Assembly: GCA_052386995.1 (NCBI GenBank) | Contig: JBQTJP010000151.1 | Coordinates: 1-21,972, forward strand | Source of the DNA: Armatimonadota bacterium | Lineage (GTDB): Bacteria; Sysuimicrobiota; Sysuimicrobiia; Sysuimicrobiales; Humicultoraceae | Length of the DNA: 21,972 nucleotides | Direction: 5' to 3' | Part shown: positions 17,236 to 21,972 of the stretch, in pieces | Position numbering within the stretch: position 1 is the stretch's first letter | Layout of the letters: each line of letters opens with the position of its first letter | Notes under the pieces: generated by a model | Database searches by the model: none | What the model saw: only the letters and a program-made list of their open reading frames with translations | What the model was told of the DNA's origin: nothing | Made by a program: the position numbers and the translations under genes

Positions 17236-18267
17236 ATGTTACCACGGATCGGTCTCGCGCTCGGCTACGACCCCTCGATGAGCATCAGGGAAATGGCCGA
17301 CCTGATGCGGCAGGCAGAAGAGCGCGGGTATGAGGCGGGGTTCTTCTCGGAAACCATCAACCTGGTGAGGGATTCGGTCAGCGCGCTCGCCGCGTTCGGC
17401 CTCGCCACGCAGACGCTGGCGCTTGGAACCACGCAGATCGTGCGCTTACGTAGCCCGATCATCATGGCGCAGACCGCCGCGTCGCTGGACGAGCTGACCG
17501 GTGGGCGCTTCATCCTCGCGCCGGGCGCCTGCACGCGCCACCATGCGAGATTTTACGGGCTGGAGCACATCGACCCGGCGCTGGCATTGACCGAGTGGGT
17601 CCAGGCCATACGCCTGCTCCTAACCGGTGATCGGGTATCGTTCGCCGGTCAGACGGTGCGGTTTGAGAACGTCCAGCTGTCCTGGAAGCCACCGCGGTCC
17701 CGCATCCCGATGTGGATTGCCGCGACGAGCCGCACGGGGCTGCGCCTCGCCGGTCAGATCGGCGACGGCGTCTTGCTGAACGCGATCGCGTCACCGGAGT
17801 ACACGGCCAATGCCGTGAAGATCGTCCGAGAGGCTGTCGAAGAGGCCGGCAGGGATTGGGCCGGCTTCGAGGTTGCGAAGATCGTGAACTGCTCGATCGA
17901 AGATGACCGCGATCGGGCCCTGGACGCGATCCGATGGGAAGTGGCCAGCAAGTTTCATCCCATGCGCCTGTCGTACAATGCCCGCATTCGCATGGGCGTC
18001 GGCGAACCATACATCAGCGCAGACGACCTTCCGAGATTCAAGGAAGCATTTCAGAGAGGTGGAAAGGACGCGCTCGTGAGGGCGATCCCGGAATCATACA
18101 TTGAAGGACTGACCGCTAGTGGGACGGCCGACGACGTAAGGCTGCGCGTGCAGCGCTACCGCGACGCCGGGGTGATGCTTCCACTCCTGCGGGCAGCGGC
18201 GCGCAACCAGGTGCGATCCCTGCTGGATCTCTTCGCGCCGGCATGGACCGGTAGTCATCGGGTGTGA
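17236..18267 (+). CDS. Luciferase-like monooxygenase (LLM) class flavin-dependent oxidoreductase
   Basis: AEERGYE, RSPIIMAQTAASLDELTGGRFIL, IPMWIAA, LRLAGQIGDGV; ATG 17236 lies 7 nt after the amidohydrolase stop. Confidence 0.88.
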   Translation: MLPRIGLALGYDPSMSIREMADLMRQAEERGYEAGFFSETINLVRDSVSALAAFGLATQTLALGTTQIVRLRSPIIMAQTAASLDELTGGRFILAPGACTRHHARFYGLEHIDPALALTEWVQAIRLLLTGDRVSFAGQTVRFENVQLSWKPPRSRIPMWIAATSRTGLRLAGQIGDGVLLNAIASPEYTANAVKIVREAVEEAGRDWAGFEVAKIVNCSIEDDRDRALDAIRWEVASKFHPMRLSYNARIRMGVGEPYISADDLPRFKEAFQRGGKDALVRAIPESYIEGLTASGTADDVRLRVQRYRDAGVMLPLLRAAARNQVRSLLDLFAPAWTGSHRV

Positions 18268-18370
18268 GCCAGGGGATTCCACATTTCGCGATGGGCACCA
18301 TCGGTTAGACGAGCGGCAAGAAGCAGGTTGGTGGGGCGTCGGTCTACGTGGCCTCTCGACACGCGCACTG

Positions 18371-18385
18371 CATTGTAATACAATG
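18371..18385. promoter_or_regulatory. Perfect inverted repeat CATTGTA-A-TACAATG, putative TA operator overlapping a -10-like TACAAT
   Basis: Seen directly 30-44 nt upstream of the RHH antitoxin ATG; AT-rich island in GC-rich DNA. Confidence 0.6.
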
Positions 18386-18414
18386 GGATGCAATCCTCAC
18401 TGGGGGAGGCACCC

Positions 18415-18684
18415 ATGGAAAGGCAACTGACAGTGCGCCTGCCCGCAGCCTTGGCTGAAAGGTTGGAGCGGACCGCAACAGCGACAAGGCGGAAGCGCTC
18501 GGAAGTGGTCCGTACGGCCCTCGAGCAGTTCTTGGACGGGATGGGAGGATCTCCCCCGGGGCGTCCGATCAGCCTCGTGCGAGACCTTCTTGGCAGCCTG
18601 AAAAGCGGCATCCCTGATCTTGGCCAGCGCCATAGGGATTACCTGATGAGGTACGTGCGACGTGGCCGGACCGCTCGTCCTTGA
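18415..18684 (+). CDS. Ribbon-helix-helix (CopG-like) antitoxin
   Basis: MERQLTVRLPAALAERLE..A....RKRSEVVRTAL fits the RHH strand-helix-helix pattern; GGAGG RBS before ATG 18415; overlaps the PIN toxin by 23 nt. Confidence 0.85.
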   Translation: MERQLTVRLPAALAERLERTATATRRKRSEVVRTALEQFLDGMGGSPPGRPISLVRDLLGSLKSGIPDLGQRHRDYLMRYVRRGRTARP

Positions 18685-19075
18685 CACCGGCGCCTTCGTC
18701 GCGCTCATTGATCGCAGCGAGAAACGCCACGCGGACTGCGTGGTCGTCCTCGAGCATTGGCGGGGGCATATCCTGACCACGGAGCCTGTCCTCACCGAAA
18801 CACTATATCTCGTCGGGCCGAGATGGCAGGCACAGAAAGTTTGCTTGGAGTTCTTCCTCCGAGGAGCGTTTCACCTGGCCCCTTCATCGCGGGCGAGTCT
18901 CCAGCGTGTTGCGACGCTCATGGAGCAGTATCAGGATCTCCCAATGGACTTCGCGGACGCGACGCTTGTTGCCCTGGCGGAGGATCTTCGGGTTGATCAG
19001 ATTTTCACCCTCGACCATCGCGGATTCTCTACCTATCGCCTGGGTGGCAGACGGCCGTTTCGCATTGTCCCCTAG
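18662..19075 (+). CDS. vapC: PIN-domain toxin (VapC family)
   Basis: LVLDTG, VLTE, MDFADA, IFTLD: conserved acidic PIN residues; 137 aa; GTG start. Confidence 0.88.
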   Translation: MAGPLVLDTGAFVALIDRSEKRHADCVVVLEHWRGHILTTEPVLTETLYLVGPRWQAQKVCLEFFLRGAFHLAPSSRASLQRVATLMEQYQDLPMDFADATLVALAEDLRVDQIFTLDHRGFSTYRLGGRRPFRIVP

Positions 19076-19482
19076 CTAAGGTAGAGACCGACTCATGGAA
19101 ATCACGATGCACGCGGACCACGATCGATTGGTCGAAGAACTCCGCACCTGGTACACGTCCTCCTACCCTAAGATGGGCTACCATGTGGAGCGGCGGCCCT
19201 TCGGCTTCTACGGGCGGAACGTGAATGTCGGACACCATCAGACCAACCACGTAACTGTCCGCGACCTGCCGCCAGTCCAGATTCCCGAATTCCTGATTGC
19301 TCTGCGAACCTACTACCGTGGTGGCTCGGTCTATATTTATGTGGACGACCCGATGGTAGATGCGCTGATACAGATGAAGTGTACTGGCGGAGATGCTATC
19401 GATTCGATCCGGCCACGGCCCCAGCAGGCGACACGGAGGCTGCGCGCGCGTAACGGGGCGGCCGCGCGGTGCGCCGGGCGGG

Positions 19483-21516
<2,034 letters not shown>

Positions 21517-21523
21517 CCTGTTG

Positions 21524-21532
21524 ATTGTAACA
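21524..21532 (-). promoter_or_regulatory. Extended -10 element (TGTTACAAT) 7 nt upstream of the yyaL ATG
   Basis: Minus strand reads ...acttgTTACAATcaacaggATG; TGn + TACAAT; no properly spaced Shine-Dalgarno. Confidence 0.55.
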
Positions 21533-21554
21533 AGTTCTTCTGGCGAGGTGCGTC

Positions 21555-21914
21555 ATGTGGCAGACGGGTCTTCGTGTCGCGCTCGTTGCCGCGCTCATCT
21601 TCAGCGGCTATCCGGCGGTCGCGGCCCCGGCGTGCTCGTGGACAGGCGCGTGGGAGACGAACTGGGGGCGAATGGACCTCCAGCAGAACGGCGATAACGT
21701 GACGGGCACATACGTGCGGCAGTCGGGGAAAATGGTCGGACGTGCGGCGGGCAACGTCCTGAGCGGGAGATGGTCCGAAGCCCCAACGTACAAGGCGCCC
21801 AAGGACGAGGGCGACTACGAGTTCGCCATGCAGACGGGCTGCAACTCCTTCGACGGTCGGTGGCGGTACACCGGTGAATCCCGGTGGCGCCCGTGGACCG
21901 GTAAACGGCGCTAA
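21555..21914 (+). CDS. Small secreted protein, predicted beta-barrel (avidin/calycin-like N-terminus)
   Basis: GAGGTG RBS; hydrophobic signal peptide ending AVAA; mature part CSWTGAWETNWGRM...VTGTY...LSGRW...FDGRW...WTGKR, Trp/Gly-rich with two Cys. Confidence 0.75.
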   Translation: MWQTGLRVALVAALIFSGYPAVAAPACSWTGAWETNWGRMDLQQNGDNVTGTYVRQSGKMVGRAAGNVLSGRWSEAPTYKAPKDEGDYEFAMQTGCNSFDGRWRYTGESRWRPWTGKRR

Positions 21915-21972
21915 GCAGCTCGACCGAATCCGGACCAGGTCGCCGGTAGCGAACACGCCGGGGCTCAGCCAC

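Noticed and set aside
18289..18311. GTTAGAC (attC core-like GTTRRRY) and a CGATGG/CCATCG hairpin upstream of the RHH-PIN module, suggesting an integron cassette
   Set aside because: No matching RYYYAAC inverse core upstream, no attC after the toxin and no integrase in the window.

Overview
GC-rich bacterial window with four blocks. (1) 1-7325: a tightly packed + strand operon joining two-component and c-di-GMP signalling to type IV pilus motors: hybrid histidine kinase (5'-truncated), REC-HD-GYP phosphodiesterase, an unusual REC-MshEN-PilB-like protein whose ATPase motifs are all degenerate, pilT, pilU, and a paralogous HD-GYP protein with a pseudo-receiver domain. This is the best candidate for an undescribed system. 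(2) 7451-8065: AbrB/MazE-like antitoxin plus Doc-type toxin. (3) 8150-18267: a likely peptide/modified amino acid uptake and catabolism cluster (AroM-like protein, atypical PA-M28 peptidase, enolase-superfamily enzyme, Dpp/Opp permeases and binding protein with no ATPase, amidohydrolase, LLM oxidoreductase), with mscL on the opposite strand after aroM. (4) 18415-21914: RHH antitoxin plus PIN toxin, a probable gene fragment, a YyaL/SSP411-family gene (- strand, possibly leaderless) and a small secreted avidin-like beta-barrel protein. No rRNA, tRNA, CRISPR array or transposase was seen. All calls come from motif recognition by eye; no searches were run.
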